From Octopus vulgaris (Eukaryota): a DNA stretch of 64,000 bases. The notes beneath the pieces are model-generated. The model saw nothing but the letters and a program-made list of their open reading frames with translations, was not told where the DNA came from and ran no database searches. Location of the stretch: positions 61,814,001 through 61,878,000 of the forward strand of contig OX597819.1 of the NCBI GenBank assembly GCA_951406725.2, read 5' to 3'. Positions 1 to 14,177 of the stretch are shown here, piece after piece (the stretch's first letter is position 1; the number at the start of each line of letters is the position of its first letter). The position numbers and the translations under genes are program-made.

Positions 1-433
1 TTATTTAGATTCCAATTTGTGTTTGTAGGCTGATCACTTGAGAAGTATATTTTAGTTGCCACAAACAGTTGTATTTATTGTAAATCCAGAAGCTGACAAC
101 AGTCAGTTCAAAACTTCAAATGGTTGCTATAACTGAGTTTCGTAATTCTCCAACATTATTCAATGTCTTTCATTTGACATTGAACTGGTAATTGCCTTAA
201 TGTAATCCTGCCTGTGTGCAAGCATGCAAAACCCATGCAGCACCACAAAATATTAGCATGACAATATCATTATTGACTATGTAGGTAGACACACTGTGCA
301 GATGTTCACTGGATACATTTACATATAATAGTATATGCGATAAAATGTATATCAATATTGAAATTGTGTAGAACTGTTGCATAGTTTTTGAACAAATGAC
401 TTCTAAAATAAAAGTAGGTGTTTGTATGCATGT

Positions 434-475
<42 letters not shown>

Positions 476-1700
476 GCTATATATATATATATATGCCAGC
501 ATAAAAGGTGGACGTTAAACGATGCATGTGTGTGAAGTAAAAACTTTTACAATAAATGAGGTTGAGATCAAAAGAAGAAAAAAAAAGCAACAGAACAACA
601 TGGAATCTGTATCAAAACTGGATTGACAAGTATTGTAGGTTGGTGACACACAATTCAAGGAAAGAAAAACTTTAAATGGGTTGGTTGCTAACAACTTAGG
701 CTGACAAAGCAAAATTTCAAGTAAGATGGCAGGTGAAAATGAGGCCAGTTATACTATATAACAGCCAGGAAGAAAATATTTCATTTTAAAAACAAAAACT
801 TTTTGGGAGAGAGAGAGAGAGACATAGTGTCTATGAATTTATAACTCTAATCACAAACCATGTTTTCTGAATTTGCTTCACTCAGATTTGCTAGCAAGCA
901 GTTTCATTCATATGGTGCAACTGAGTGATCAAAATAGAAAGGGCCCTTTCTACCTTGCCTTAATGATATGTAAATCTTCAAATTTGAATTAAAAAAACAA
1001 AAGACATTACTGTGTTTCATGGCACATAAAACATACTTTTTTTTTCAATACAATTAACTCAAAATATTGTCCTGGATCCTGGGGACAAAGTTCAGTCTAT
1101 ATTACATGTTAATGCACAAGGACTTCTTAACTAAATATTCGGGTGCATCTAATATGTTCTTGTGTCTTTTATGGCATCTAATATGGTACCCTCATGCTTT
1201 TATAGAAAAATGATAAATCAGTTTTATTTCTCACACCAATGAAATAAACATTAAATCTCTCTATTTTCTTGGCAATTTTTTTGTAACAAAGCCATCTACT
1301 AAATCAGACTACTTACTTCACCTATAATAGTGATTACCAACCCTTTTTTTACATATGGAACCTTTTGATTTCCATTTTCCTTGGATGAACCTCCATAGTC
1401 ATTCAATGTTTTACAAATTTTGAAATATCTTGCATATTGTTAGTATAACAAGTTTATTCTCATAAATTTTAACAAAATCTTACTTGGATCCAAAGGGTTA
1501 TAATGGACCTCAGCCGAGAACATTGACCTGGAGCTGAAGTCATTAAGGCATCAAACTTTGCTCCAAGTCTTATCAAATTCAAATTTAACTTTAACCCTTC
1601 TGAATCAATCAAAATAAGCTACCAGTCAGAGCACTTGGGTTGATATAATCAATTATTCCCTTCCACCAAATTCCTGGCCTTTGAAATTATTATTTATATC

Positions 1701-1918
1701 TTTACTGCCCACAGGGGGCTAAACATGGAGGGACAGACAAAGTGATTAAGTTGATTACATCAACCCCCAGTGCATAACTGGTACTTATTTAATTGACCCT
1801 GAAAGGATAAAAGGCAAAGTCGACCTCAGCGGAATTTGAACTCAGAATGTAACAGCAGATGAAATACTGATAAGCATTTTGCCCAGCGTGCTAACGTTTC
1901 TGCCAGCTCGCTGCCTTT
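1701..1918 (-). mobile_element. SINE-like repeat, family B (AAGGCGGCGAGCTGGCAGAA head)
   Basis: Reverse complement of the copy at 40442; B-box-like GAGTTCAAATTCC; many diverged copies in the window. Confidence 0.8.
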
Positions 1919-3702
1919 GAAATTATTACTAAAAGATGTCAGATAGCCGGCAATAGGAAGGTCATATGAACCTGCACCATGGCAAGGATCTCAAATGAGG
2001 GCAGCAATATTGAACTCCCTCCTTCACCAAAAGTCAATCACAAAAAAAATGGCCATTCAGAATGTGCTCCAGCATGGCCATAGCTTTTGAGCCAATGCCT
2101 CAATGGATTTTTGTCTGACTCATGCGAGCAGGGAAAAGTAAGCATTAAAATGATGGTGATGATGACGGTTAATTTCAAACTATATTTTTATACTAATGCT
2201 GTGTAACCTTATTTTTAATAATTGTGATTTTTTACTTTGACACAAGGTCAAAACTGTTGGTGAGAGAGTTGAATGTTGTATTCAACAGGATTTATGTCAA
2301 TACATAAACTGGTAATCATTTTATTGAAATTAGAACATAATAAAAAAAAAAGCATAACTGAATGCTGCAAGTCCACCTCCTTGCTATCTCTGCCGCTCCC
2401 AGGCAGGCGCTTGCCACTCAAATGCTAACAATTAGTTTAAGGAGTGGCTTCTCTGGTTCTTTGAACACCAACAATTCTCTCCTATCAAAGACAGCAAAAA
2501 AAAAGAAGCATTGTTAAATACATGTAATTCAAAACAGAACATAAAATGTTCAATAGAAGCCCAAAAAAATGTTGTAAAAGAAATAACTTAAGGTTATTTT
2601 ACTGTGATGTAAATAAATGAATTTTGCTGAAAATGGAATGAAATCCTAAAAGTAGATAAGAGTTGTATGACAAGTTTTGAAGTGGTGAGATATAAAATCA
2701 GGTCTAAAACTTCACAAATTGTGACACAGGATTTCTCATTTTTGCCGATTCTCAAACATTAAAAAGAAATAAATCGTATAATCTTAATAACAGGGAGATC
2801 TTATAGATCTGTTTTAGGGACAGTTGTCTCCTCATTCTTTGGGATTTAGAGAACAGTTAATCTGTGTGTGTATATACACACACATGTAACAGTAGCAGCT
2901 TATCAAGATATAACATTAATAGTTTTCCTAATTTGCATATAACACATTTGTCAGTCATGTTTATTAAATGGTATGAATCTATATAGAACACAGCATATAC
3001 CGTAAGCTTGAATGTATATGGTGTGCAGCAAAAGAAACCTCTCAGATTAACCATCCTTGGTCTTGTAAAATATGGGAGGTTTTTCTGCCACATTTATATA
3101 TATATTGTTGTACATGTATACATTATCATACATGTGTATGTACAATAATGTATTGAAATATTTCATGTGAAAATCCTTTCCTATTGATATATTTCGTCAT
3201 AAATTATCTTTCTTATAACCACAGTGAACATGTCTGTGCATATATTGCTTATGTTTTGTTTGATAATGAGTTAATGTTTGAACATAAACACTAAGTAAAT
3301 GAGAAATAAATAATTTTTTTTAAAAAGCCTTGTAGCAAAAGGGTTCTCTTCACAGTCATGTGATTCTAAATTCAAATTTGTTGTATGGAACATTGAGTCA
3401 ACTATTGTTTTAGAATTTGATAGATGAGACAAACCCCTAGTTTCCTCAGATTCTCCATTTTACTCTAAACTGAAATGCAACTTGGTTCCTACCTTGAGAT
3501 TTGGATACAATTTATTTTCTCTAAGTAAAAGATTTCACGACTGTCCAACTTGTCAAAATCAAATTTTATCAAAAACATTGGTCAAGATTGTCTTATTGAG
3601 TCTCTTCAAAAATTCTATTTTTTCCTTCAATTATAATCATAATTTTCAAATATATCTATATCTTTCATTTATTTATTTATTTATTTATTTTTTTCCATAC
3701 AG

Positions 3703-3937
3703 ACGTTTACTGCCTGGTGTAATTCTCATCTAAGAAAAGCAGGAACGCAGATAGAAGATATTGAAGAAGATTTTCGGAATGGATTAAAGCTTATGTTGCT
3801 TTTGGAAGTTATATCTGGTGAACAACTACCCAAGCCAGACAGAGGCAAGATGAGATTCCACAAAATAGCCAACGTCAATAAAGCCTTGGACTACATTGCC
3901 AGCAAAGGTGTCAGGCTGGTTTCCATTGGTGCCGAAG
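3703..3937 (+). CDS. Actn: alpha-actinin coding exon, CH1 domain (235 nt, phase 0 to 1)
   Basis: ttccatacAG acceptor and GTaggt donor. Translates [78 protein letters not shown], the canonical alpha-actinin CH1 with actin-binding site 1. Confidence 0.98.
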
Positions 3938-5385
3938 GTAGGTGAGTTTACCTTGAACTTTGTAAAGATGAAAGCACCTACGTAGATTTCAAGAGCTATT
4001 AAAACAAAAAGCCAGCCTCAAAAAGCTTGAGACAAGTGTAATATTACTGCAGGATATTAAGTAAACATCTAGGATCATTCCTGTATTAATATATTTATTT
4101 ATTTATTTCATTTGACACACCTAGATTGAAATTATAAGCTGCCTTGTTAGGTCAATTGAGATAGCACATAAAATTTATCTTTTTTATATCCACTAAAGAA
4201 ATGAATTCCTTGAACCATATATAAATTTCTAAGCCAAATTTTTTGTGTATAGTAAATTACAGAAGCTTTCTATATCTAAATAGAAACTTCACCCATTTCT
4301 TTATATTCCTCCCTTGCCATGCCTTACTGCATTAAAATGGTTTCTTATTACCTTTTCATTAATGTTAAGTAGACTTGAAGACTGAGATGGTGATCTTGCC
4401 TTTATCAAGGACATTAGATATGTAAGTGAAATGACATTGCTTTAAACAAGAATTTAAAAAAAACAGGTCACACAGGCTTGGCCTACTGGACTGAAACTTT
4501 TTGGTAATGTATTAAGACATAGTAATAACTTGGTCTCTTTTCTTTGTTAGAGTTAAGATTATGTGTTCCAGTCATTCAAAGGGGTCACGCTTTATCTATT
4601 TCTTTATCTGGTGGTGGCTTTCTTTCCCTTTTTCCTATACTGTCATAGTTTAGGCAAATTTTCATATTGGCCAGCAGTCAAATTCCTTCAAATTACACCC
4701 AACTGTCTCAAACACTGGATAATGTTGTCATGGGTGACGAAAAACTGAATGGCCATGGCTGAAATGTCTGCTTGATCAGAGTTGACATGAAAATTGCTTG
4801 GCATTATTTGTATATTGAAAATTATTTCATAGAGGATTATACAATAAATCATTCAGCATTTTCTCTCTGCTTCTGGCTATTGAGATTCACTTGTGTGTGT
4901 GACATTCTGTGAGAGAGAGAATGGGAGACTTGTGTCCTTTCTGATTAGCTGCGAAAACTTGAGCGACTTAGTCTCAAAGTGCAGTCTTTTGTCTTTGTTC
5001 TTAAATATCCTCTTAGCTTATCTGAATTATTTTATGCTTGGAGTCATTAATACAATCATGGTTTCTGTCCATCATTTTTTATTTTATTTTCTAGTTGTTT
5101 TTTTTTTTGTGTGGGGGGGTTAAGCCAGAATCATCATTCCTGTAATGCTTATTCTCCGTTATATACTGCAGCCAATGTAGGGTGAAATCTTATGAAATAT
5201 TATTTATGCAACAGAAGATACATGTCAATACATAGAAAGTTTGTAAAAGTATTCCGAGTGCCTCTGTCAATGTAGATTATCCCCATATTTTCACTGCTTT
5301 ACTATCTCTACTAGAGACTTTAGCTGCAAAATATTTCATTGGATATATATATATATATATATCATCATCATCATCATCGTTTAAC

Positions 5386-5423
<38 letters not shown>

Positions 5424-5639
5424 GTATGAATATTGTAGAACTGGCTGGTAAACTTCATTACAAGATTTATTTTAAGATAGTGTCACAACCAAAGAAGGCA
5501 CTACTTGTGATTGCAGATATAGTTATTTGATCACTATCTATTTTTGGAACATGAGTAGCTGAGGAATTTCAGAGAAACCATTTACAAATCTTATGATCTC
5601 AATTTTGCATTCACTTTTATCTTGTGTTTTATGCATTTG

Positions 5640-6030
5640 TGAATGTGCATGGCTTAGTGGCTATGGTGTTGCACTCAAAATTAAAGCTTCATAGTTTCAA
5701 TTCCTAGACTGGGCAATGTGTTGTTTTTGAGCAAAACACTTCATTTCATGATGTTGCCTTGGTTCACTCAGACTGGGCAATGTGTTGTTTTTGAGCAAAA
5801 CACTTCATTTCATGATGTTGCCTCGGTTCACTCAGACTGGGCAATGTGTTGTTTTTGAGCAAAACACTTCATTTCATGATGTTGCCTCAGTCCACTTAGC
5901 TGTAAATAAGTACCAGCAATTTAAGAGAAGTTGAACCTGCTGCAGAGTGGCATCCCATTTGGGGTGGAGCAGTGTGACCTCAGTCATTTGATGGCCATGC
6001 AAACCAGGTTATGCTTCAGCTATATGAATC
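5640..6030 (+). mobile_element. tRNA-derived SINE, family C, with an internal triplication
   Basis: A-box-like TGGCTTAGTGG head and a TTGAGCAAAACACTTCATTTCA core shared with the copies near 20897, 30665 and 34820. Confidence 0.7.
5706..5890 (+). repeat. 64-bp tandem repeat, about 3 near-identical copies
   Basis: Unit AGACTGGGCAATGTGTTG...GGTTCACTC restarts at 5706, 5770 and 5834. Confidence 0.95.
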
Positions 6031-7386
6031 TTGGTTTATGACAAAACCTAAGTCTATATATTTGTATGTATTCAACATGTGTAAGCACTTATTTAGAAAT
6101 CAATTACATTCCATCAAATTTTATTAATTGAGCCAATTATTTTTCTCCTAATCTACTGCCTTATATGGAACTAAAGAGAGTGATAGTTATTAGTCTCTAC
6201 ATCTTAATGTTTATATCATGTCAGTTACATAATGCAGAGCTCCAGTCATCAAGGGAGCTTCTGTACAGTTTACCTGCTCTATACCTACCAGCAAATCTCT
6301 ACTGTCTTTAAAATAGAGACTATTTTAAGTCTGAGAACTCCATGTACAACTCGGACACTGATTAGGCGACGAAGTCCTTCACAAACCAACATGGTGGATA
6401 TTCTATGTGTGGATGTCCAGCATGCCAGACTTGCAAACTGCATTACTATGATCCTCATTATCATCTTTATGTCCTCTATTCCATGCTTCCATGATCAGAT
6501 GGAATTTGTTGAAGATTGTCCATGGTAGGATGATATCTTTCCGGATACCAATTCTACTGATGAAATTGTTAATTAAGAAAACAATTGGCAAACCATAAGT
6601 TTTTTGTGGTAAGGTGGGGGGGATCCCCCTTTTTTGTTGGGCAGGGGGCATTAATCTCTTTCTTAATATTTATCATGATATCAACTTTGTTTTGTATATC
6701 ATTATTGCCAGAAACTAAAACAGATTCCTATCCCCACTTTTTATTATCAGCCCCTCATTATAGTATGAACGGTATTCCAAGATTAATTGAATTAACATAC
6801 TTTATCAATATATAAATTTAGATATTTTACTAAACCTTCCTACTAAGTTCTTGAAATTGAAAATTAAAACATTGGCACTTTACTCATTAGACGTACCGTC
6901 AGAGAAAGGGTTAACTTGGCAAGGACAATAGGTTTTGGTACCTTATAGTTTTGTTGTTTAAATCTTGGATGGAATTTGTATTTTATCTTTTGTATATCAA
7001 CAAAATAAATTCCTATGACAGACTAGCCAATTCAATCAACTGTGTATCTTCTTTCTCTCCAAAACTTGGCATGTGTATTTGTCATTAAAAGAAATTTACT
7101 AATTCTAAGTATATTCCATCTGCAAAGATGAAAGACAATTCCACTGTATACAGCACTACAATTAATGTATAAAATTGCTTTATGTAATATTCTATATTTT
7201 TATATTTACATTCGACACAAAGCCCTGGTTTGCATGGAAGGATTATGATCAATTGGATTAATTCCATTACATTCAGTGTCTTGGTGGGGCAAGGTAGGGT
7301 ATGAAATATAGTCAACTCCAACAGTATTTGAAGGTGGAATGTAGTAGGAATAGAATTAAATGTATAGGGCATCTGCTGCTCCACTG

Positions 7387-7419
<33 letters not shown>

Positions 7420-7929
7420 GTTGTTATCTAAATCTATGCCAAAGCCAAATATGTGATGCTGTCATGTGACTAATTGAGAAAGGGAGTGTTAGTGATGAGA
7501 GCTAAGAGAAAGAGATTGTTGTTATGCTATGTGATTAAATAGTTTTAGGAAGAGGTAGAGAAAAAGAGAGAGAGAAATAGAATGTGCTTAGCACAGGCAT
7601 GTGTGGTGTGGAGTGGTATGGCTGAAAGGAGAAACAAAGAGAGAGTGAGTGTGCTTACTGAAGGGAACACAGGAGTGGAAAATGCTATAGCATTCAAAAT
7701 GCATAGCTTTTTTGCAAAAACTGTGGCAGAATAATACCGTAGATGTCTTCAACATTGTACCATGATTAAGATTCATTACTTCTTGTCATAAAGTGAAAAA
7801 TACTAGTTAACAACTCACAGTTTTAGCTTCCAGAGATGTTTTTTAAGATTTCACCTTCAGTAATAGTAATGTGGACTTCTGCACTGGCTCAAACATTCTG
7901 CCTTTTTCTTTCTTTTTTTTTTTCATAAC

Positions 7930-8600
7930 TTATGGAAGGGACATGTTTTACTGGTCAGGTGATCCATCTGTGTGAATTGTTCTGATGATGCATAGATATG
8001 TGCTAAGGCTGTGGCATCTATAAAGATTCTTGGACAGCAAACAGTTGCAATCACCTTGTCTCTATGACAGAGCTGCAGTCCTTGGTTAAATGAAGACCAG
8101 GATTGATGTCTGGTATTTGGAATGTTACCAGGTATTCACAGATCTCTGCTAATTGGGCAGAGCAGTTGGGAAGAACTGCCATGTTGGAATTCTAAAGAGA
8201 AGTAGTAATGAGCAAGAGCAATAACAGTATTCTTGTGGTAACTCTGGCAACCAACAAGACCCAAGTGGCTGATCTATTCTACAAGGCTTTTGGCCTCTGT
8301 GCTCTTGGTCTAGCAGTTGATATTGGCCTACTGGTTGACATTGACATTGTCAGGTAACTTTTGCAAGCATAAAATTGCATTCATTGGTGCCTGTCCGAAA
8401 TGTACACAAAGCAATGAAACCATTCTGCCGGCACTCATTTAGCACCAAAAACATTGCTAACCCATGCACTCACACACGCAGACACATCTTCTAGGTGAAA
8501 GGTGATGAAAAGTTGTAAACTTGACTCAAGCAAATGAGCCCACTCTTTGCATACACTTGTTGACTGGAGATTAGCAAGAGACAGGGCATTTAGCCTTGGT
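7930..8600 (+). mobile_element. decayed L1/Tx1-like non-LTR retrotransposon ORF2 fragment
   Basis: GC-richer, coding-like island. 8389-8445 reads ACPKCTQSNETILPALI*H, resembling the CPxC...ETxxH zinc knuckle at the C-terminus of L1/Tx1 ORF2; stops are present. Confidence 0.4.
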
Positions 8601-9951
8601 AGTCAGAGTAATCTAAGAAACTTTAAGGTTCTTCTGTAGTTCTTATTTGAAGCTCCTATTTTCAGAACATTTTAAAATGTAAACATCTTCCATGCTGCAA
8701 TTGTTTAAAATATTTTGTGTACCATGTAGATTTTTATTTTTTTTTTTACATTTCTCATTCAACATCTATTAACACCTTGTCCCCCACCCCACAAAACGTT
8801 TGAAACCTGTTCATGTATTATCCTATCATCCATTGCTCGTGTGGCAAATAAATTACTGTTGTTGAAGACTTTTTGTCATCTGCTCTACTGACACCCACCT
8901 CCACCCACTCACTTAAGTAAAATTGCTTTGCTTTTCATATCTATCTCGTTTTCCTTTTTGTCTTATTAAAATCTAAAAGTATTTTTTGTGTAATTGCCCT
9001 TGCTTAGCACACATGTAATTCAGATGTTTACCAATAACTTTCAACCTCCTTCTGTATTTCATAAACTTTTGCTGTGTGTGCAGATGGGTAGGAATATATA
9101 ACGTGACTATAAATTCTGTCTTGATCCATTGTGCCAATAACAGAATTGCTGGGCAATGCAAACTTTGTTAATAGTAGGCTCCAAGATATCTGCAATCTTA
9201 CCAAGAATGGCTTACTTCTACAGCTATCTAATCAGTTTCTTTTCTTAGACTCTTAACCTGCTATATGATATCTTATTCTCTTTCTTTCTCACTCCTCTTT
9301 CTTTCTCTGTTATTTTTTTAATGATGCTTGATGCTTACCATTTAACTATTCTGTTTCTTTTATCTTCTACTGGTGGTGGTGGAATGGTGTGTAATAATAG
9401 CAGTACAAGAAGTACAGTTTTGTATTAAATAAGAAATTCTGATAATGATGGTTGAATCTGCTATTATTACCTCAATATCCATTTTTTTTTTTTTACCTTT
9501 GGTAGTGAGGGTTTGCCAAGTTTGCAATCCTGTAGCGTTTCATCTGTATGGCCTATATCTCCCAACAGATAGCAGTTTTTCCAACCAACCCAAAGTCAAC
9601 CAATTCATGCTACTATCCATGATAGTGGATATGGTTTGCCTTAAACAGCATTATGTTCCTGAGTGCTATTTTCCCAACACACAGACACACAAATATGCAC
9701 ACACAGGAATACACTGATTACTGAATGTTGGTGGTTCTTGATTTCACTTGGTTGGTACTTTGCCATCAAAGTTCAAACACTGAGATATTTGGTACATATA
9801 CTTATTAGTAGCAGTCCCACCCCCACCAAAAAAAGAAAAACATGCTAAGAAAAAATTAGAACTACAAGAGAAACTAATGAAATATTTTCTGATTTGACAA
9901 GTTTAGAAAATCTTGTGGAATCCATAATGTTGGGTTGTAGAAGGTACATAC

Positions 9952-10365
9952 CTTTTACTGGTTTCAGCTATTTGACTGTGGTCCGGCTGGGGCATCGTCT
10001 TGAAGAATTTTTAGCCAAATGAATCGACCCCAGTACTTATTTTTTAAAGGCTGGTACATATTTTGTCAGACTCTTTTGCTGAATAGCTAAGTTGTGGGGA
10101 GATAAACACACCAATACCTGTTGTCAAGCAGTGGAAGCAGTGGGGTGAGACAAACACAGTTACAAAGATGCACACACACACACACACATAGATGTAAATA
10201 TATACAATGGGGTTATTTCAGTTTTTGTCTACCAGATCCACTTACAAGGCTTTGGTCAACCTAATGCTACAATATAAGACATTTACCCAAGGTGCCACAC
10301 AGTGGGATTGAACATAGAATCATGTGGTTGGAAAGCTAACTCCTTACCACACAACTGCACCTGCA
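9952..10365 (-). mobile_element. tRNA-derived SINE, family A
   Basis: Reverse complement of the copies at 39895 and 61900, with an internal (CA)n tract. Confidence 0.85.
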
Positions 10366-13300
10366 GATGATAGCATAGTAACAACCAGATATGTTACTGA
10401 ATTTTTAAAAGTTATCACAAATGATGGCTACAAATTGTAAATGCTAACATAACTGGATTGTTTTGGAAACAAATGAACTAATTAGCTACCTTGGTAGAAA
10501 AAGAGAAACTACTGCATTCAAAAGATATAAAGGGTTGTAGCGGAAATTATTCAACTTTCTCTACACTTGTAATTGTACAGAACTTATGAGGACAGTGTCA
10601 GAGATTTAGGTTGTCTTACATGAAGGCCTTTTGAGTTTAAAACAGGACATGTGTAAGGAAGATTGTCAAAATAAAACTGATGAAGGAAAAGAATTCTGGC
10701 ACCACATCATTATCTGCACTTGTCCCTCATTTATACTTTCACCTCCCACACTGGCTTCTCTTTTTCTTTTTCCTGCTCTTTTCCTGTCTTGCAAATTACT
10801 TGGTGACTTCTAGTGTCAGTGGTACAAGAAAAGCACTCCGTTCATTCTCTGAAGTGGTTAGCATTAAAAAGGACATCCACTCATAGAAACCTTACCAAAG
10901 ATGGTGTTGGAGCTTGATGCTGTCCTACAACTCATTGGAGCCTGTTAAACTGCCCAACCATGCCAGCTGGGAAAAACAGACATTAAATAATGATGACACT
11001 ATTTTCAGAATCTTTGCTGATGGAAAGAACCATAAACACTGATAAAACTGAGAGAAATAATTGTACACCCTCTTTCTCCTGTATCTGATGCAAGCAAGAA
11101 GAGTACTATATATTAGAAGCTAATAAATGCTGTGGGTGTGTGTGCACATGCATGCATGCACAGATTTGACGTTATTTCTATACTTAGACATCTTACCAGA
11201 GATCTGAAGTTTAATTTCAAGAGCTTCTACATTGCTACATGATTTGCCTGATTAATTTGATGCAGTCTCCCTTGACAAACACTTGACCATTTTAGTACTA
11301 AATCTAAGAATATTGTGCTCAGTAATAAAGATAAGATGGCCATAACTAGAAGCAAGCAACCACAGTTTTATTCACTTGATCATTCCATGCCATTAGTTTG
11401 GTCAGACAAGCAGCCGAGTCACTATTTTTCTAACTTAAGCACAAGGTGAAAGCGCATAGTTGAGTAAATCAACTACAGTACTTAGCATAAAAGACACCTG
11501 GGTACATTGGATATATCCCAATTTCAGAACAGATAATCAGGAAAAAAAAGTTTTTAGCACACTAAAGCATGTGATAAAGGATATTTTACTGTCTATGAGA
11601 TCAGATACAGTAACTAATGTATACATATTTTATTCACTCCAGAACAAAAGCATTCAATTGCCACTTGTTTTGAACTAAATGTAAAGGTCTGTAACTAAAT
11701 GCAGCTAGAGATTTGATCTGATACTCTTGTAATTCTTCCCTTCAGCACCTTTGAGCTATCTAATAAAAGACCTGAGAAATTCAATGGTTATATTTAGAGG
11801 ATTATCTACCATATCCTCACTTAAAGGCTGGAAGCCAATGTCAGAATCCAAGTGTAGTTTTTTTAACAAGTCGGCAGTAAGAGAAGAAAGGTTCTATACT
11901 ACTTTAGCTTTAAGCAGCTTGGTAACTGACATAATTTGTTTTTGCTTGTCTTTTACACTTCTTCCTTCCCTGAAATTATCCTCAACCGTTTTTTCTGAAT
12001 TATTTTAAGAGTTTTAACTTAGACTGGAATCTGATCACGATTCCAGACTGGGAATGCTTTTTTCTACAGCTTGTAAAAATAATTTGAAGTTGCTTTATAG
12101 AAAGATTAAATTCTAAAAGCAATTTCCTTAGTGAATAGTTTACTTTAAATTGCCAGAGATTACTGCAACTAATAATTTCGTTTGATTAATCCTTATGAGC
12201 ACTTTCACTTGCAACAACCATCGGGGAGATTCCTCTTATAAAAAGCTTCATTTAATACTTTATGTAGCAGATAAATACAGAACATATCGCCTAAAGGGAT
12301 TTAGCAATATCTGGTTTAATTTCTTATGTGATATGAAATAACCATCATCGTATTACCAAAATCCTGAGTTACCCACAGTCTTTCATTTGTTAGTTTGATC
12401 GTATTAGATGTTTTGGCATCAGTTTTGGTGCTGCCTATTTGGCATCAATGAATTAATGCCAGATTATTTGATATCATTTTAATGTTCCTTTCATTTTCTC
12501 TCTCCTTTCTCCATCTTACTCTCCCTTTCTCTCCCCGCTGTTCATTTATGTAAAGATATTTCTCTTAATATGTATGAGGAGGGGGAAAATGTTTGTCATT
12601 CATGTTCAATTAATGAATTGTAATCTCTCTCTCATCATCATCATCATCATCATCGTTTAGCAGTTCTGTATGCATGTGTTTGTTTGGCTTCAATGCCAAA
12701 AAGTACTGTCATCAAAACAGGCAGAATGCCCAGTCAACCATGTTAGATTCTCAGTAACAGTTATTGTAAGGTGTGACTCACTCACTAGTAAAGATTTTGT
12801 AAAATCAACTTGTAACTTCTTTACACATCAGTTGCATTGGACAAACAGATTTTTGTTGTTTATTGTAGAAATCTGATACTGGAACTGTGTTGTTCTTCAA
12901 TAAACCAGAGTGAGCTAGATCCCACCCTCTTTCTCTCTCTCGTTGATGGGATTGTATGTAACAGACTAAATAACTTAAAGATGGATCTCGCCCCATATCA
13001 TCATTTCAATTAGTTCTACTAACGATGAAAGTGTAACCAAGTCAGCTTGGATATTTCAGTTCTTGCTGCTTTTCTCTTCAGATAATCTGAAAGATTTATT
13101 TTCTCTCCACACCCATCTCTCTTGAACACTTTTAGCAATATGAAAATAAAATGAATTTTTTTCCCCCCTCTTTTTACTCACTGTCTTCATGTCTAGCCAA
13201 CTTTATTGATTTTATCAGTACAAGAATTCAGTAAATGACCTACAGTTGTAATTTTGTCATGTTAATTAGTCTATATCAACATCAAAGTTTGAAATAAAGG

Positions 13301-13372
13301 TAGAATCTTTCACCACAGCTTCACTAATTTGTCCGGTTATAACTATCACATATGATTATGTTCACTTGAAAG

Positions 13373-14177
13373 CAGTGGCGGCTTGTGTATAGGTACTGCG
13401 GAACTGCAGCGCCCTCTATTTCACTCAATATTGTTGATAACATTCAATATAATGAGACCTTTTTTACTTTAATTCTTTATACTTGTACATTATATAATCC
13501 TTCAGCTTAATGACAGTAGCCATACCCTGGTTTATGAAGAAAATTCAAAAATCCTTATATAGAATTGTGCACTTCACAGTTCCAGTGATGCAGTGTTTGG
13601 CTGTTGTGTGCATGCTCACATATCCAAGATAGGAAGCTGCACGCTAGGGAGAGAGAGCACTGTGGTTCACACATTGCTGACCCTGGTGTTCTGGTGAAAG
13701 GCAGTGTTTCTTTTTGACCCTACGTATGTTGTGCTTAAAAATGTGTTTATAATCTTGAATATGATAAATTGTACAATTAGATTATTATCCTGCTTCCAGC
13801 TTCAGTGTAGCTGCCAGGATTTGAAAAATATTTACACAGGTGCAGCTGTGTGGTAAGTAGCTTGCTTACCAACCGCATGGTTCCGGGTTCAGTCCTACTG
13901 CGTGGCACCTTGGGCAAGTGTCTTCTACTATAGCTTCGGGCCGACCAAAGCCTTGTGAGTGGATTTGGTAAAGGGAAACTGAAAAAAGCTCGTCGTATAC
14001 ATATACATATATGCATATGTGTGTATATGGTTGTCTGTGTTTGTCCCCACCCCCCACCATCTCTTGGCAACCAATGTTTATTCTGAATAAAACAACAGAA
14101 TAAAAAAATATTAAAACAACAACTAAAAATGTTCTGAAGCAGCACCCTCCACTAATTTCATCTACGAGCCACCACTG
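13373..14177. mobile_element. non-autonomous hAT DNA transposon (805 bp) with a nested SINE
   Basis: Terminal inverted repeats CAGTGGCGGCTTGT and ACGAGCCACCACTG; perfect 8-bp target-site duplication CTTGAAAG at 13365-13372 and 14178-14185. Confidence 0.92.
13835..14076 (+). mobile_element. tRNA-derived SINE, family A, 3'-truncated, nested in the hAT element
   Basis: GCTGTGTGGTAAG A-box-like and GGGTTCAGTCC B-box-like motifs; body matches the copy at 39895. Confidence 0.88.

Noticed and set aside
5706-5890. Regularly spaced repeat resembling a CRISPR array
   Set aside because: Units are contiguous with no unique spacers, lie inside a eukaryotic SINE, and no cas genes are present.
6159-6168. 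Perfect CArG box CCTTATATGG (SRF site)
   Set aside because: Plausible for a cytoskeletal gene, but several such motifs are expected by chance in 64 kb of AT-rich DNA and there is no supporting cluster.
13777-14145. Recurring short ORFs with motifs such as EDTCPRCHAVGLNP (also 22483 and 61989)
   Set aside because: They are antisense translations of family A SINE copies, not a gene family.
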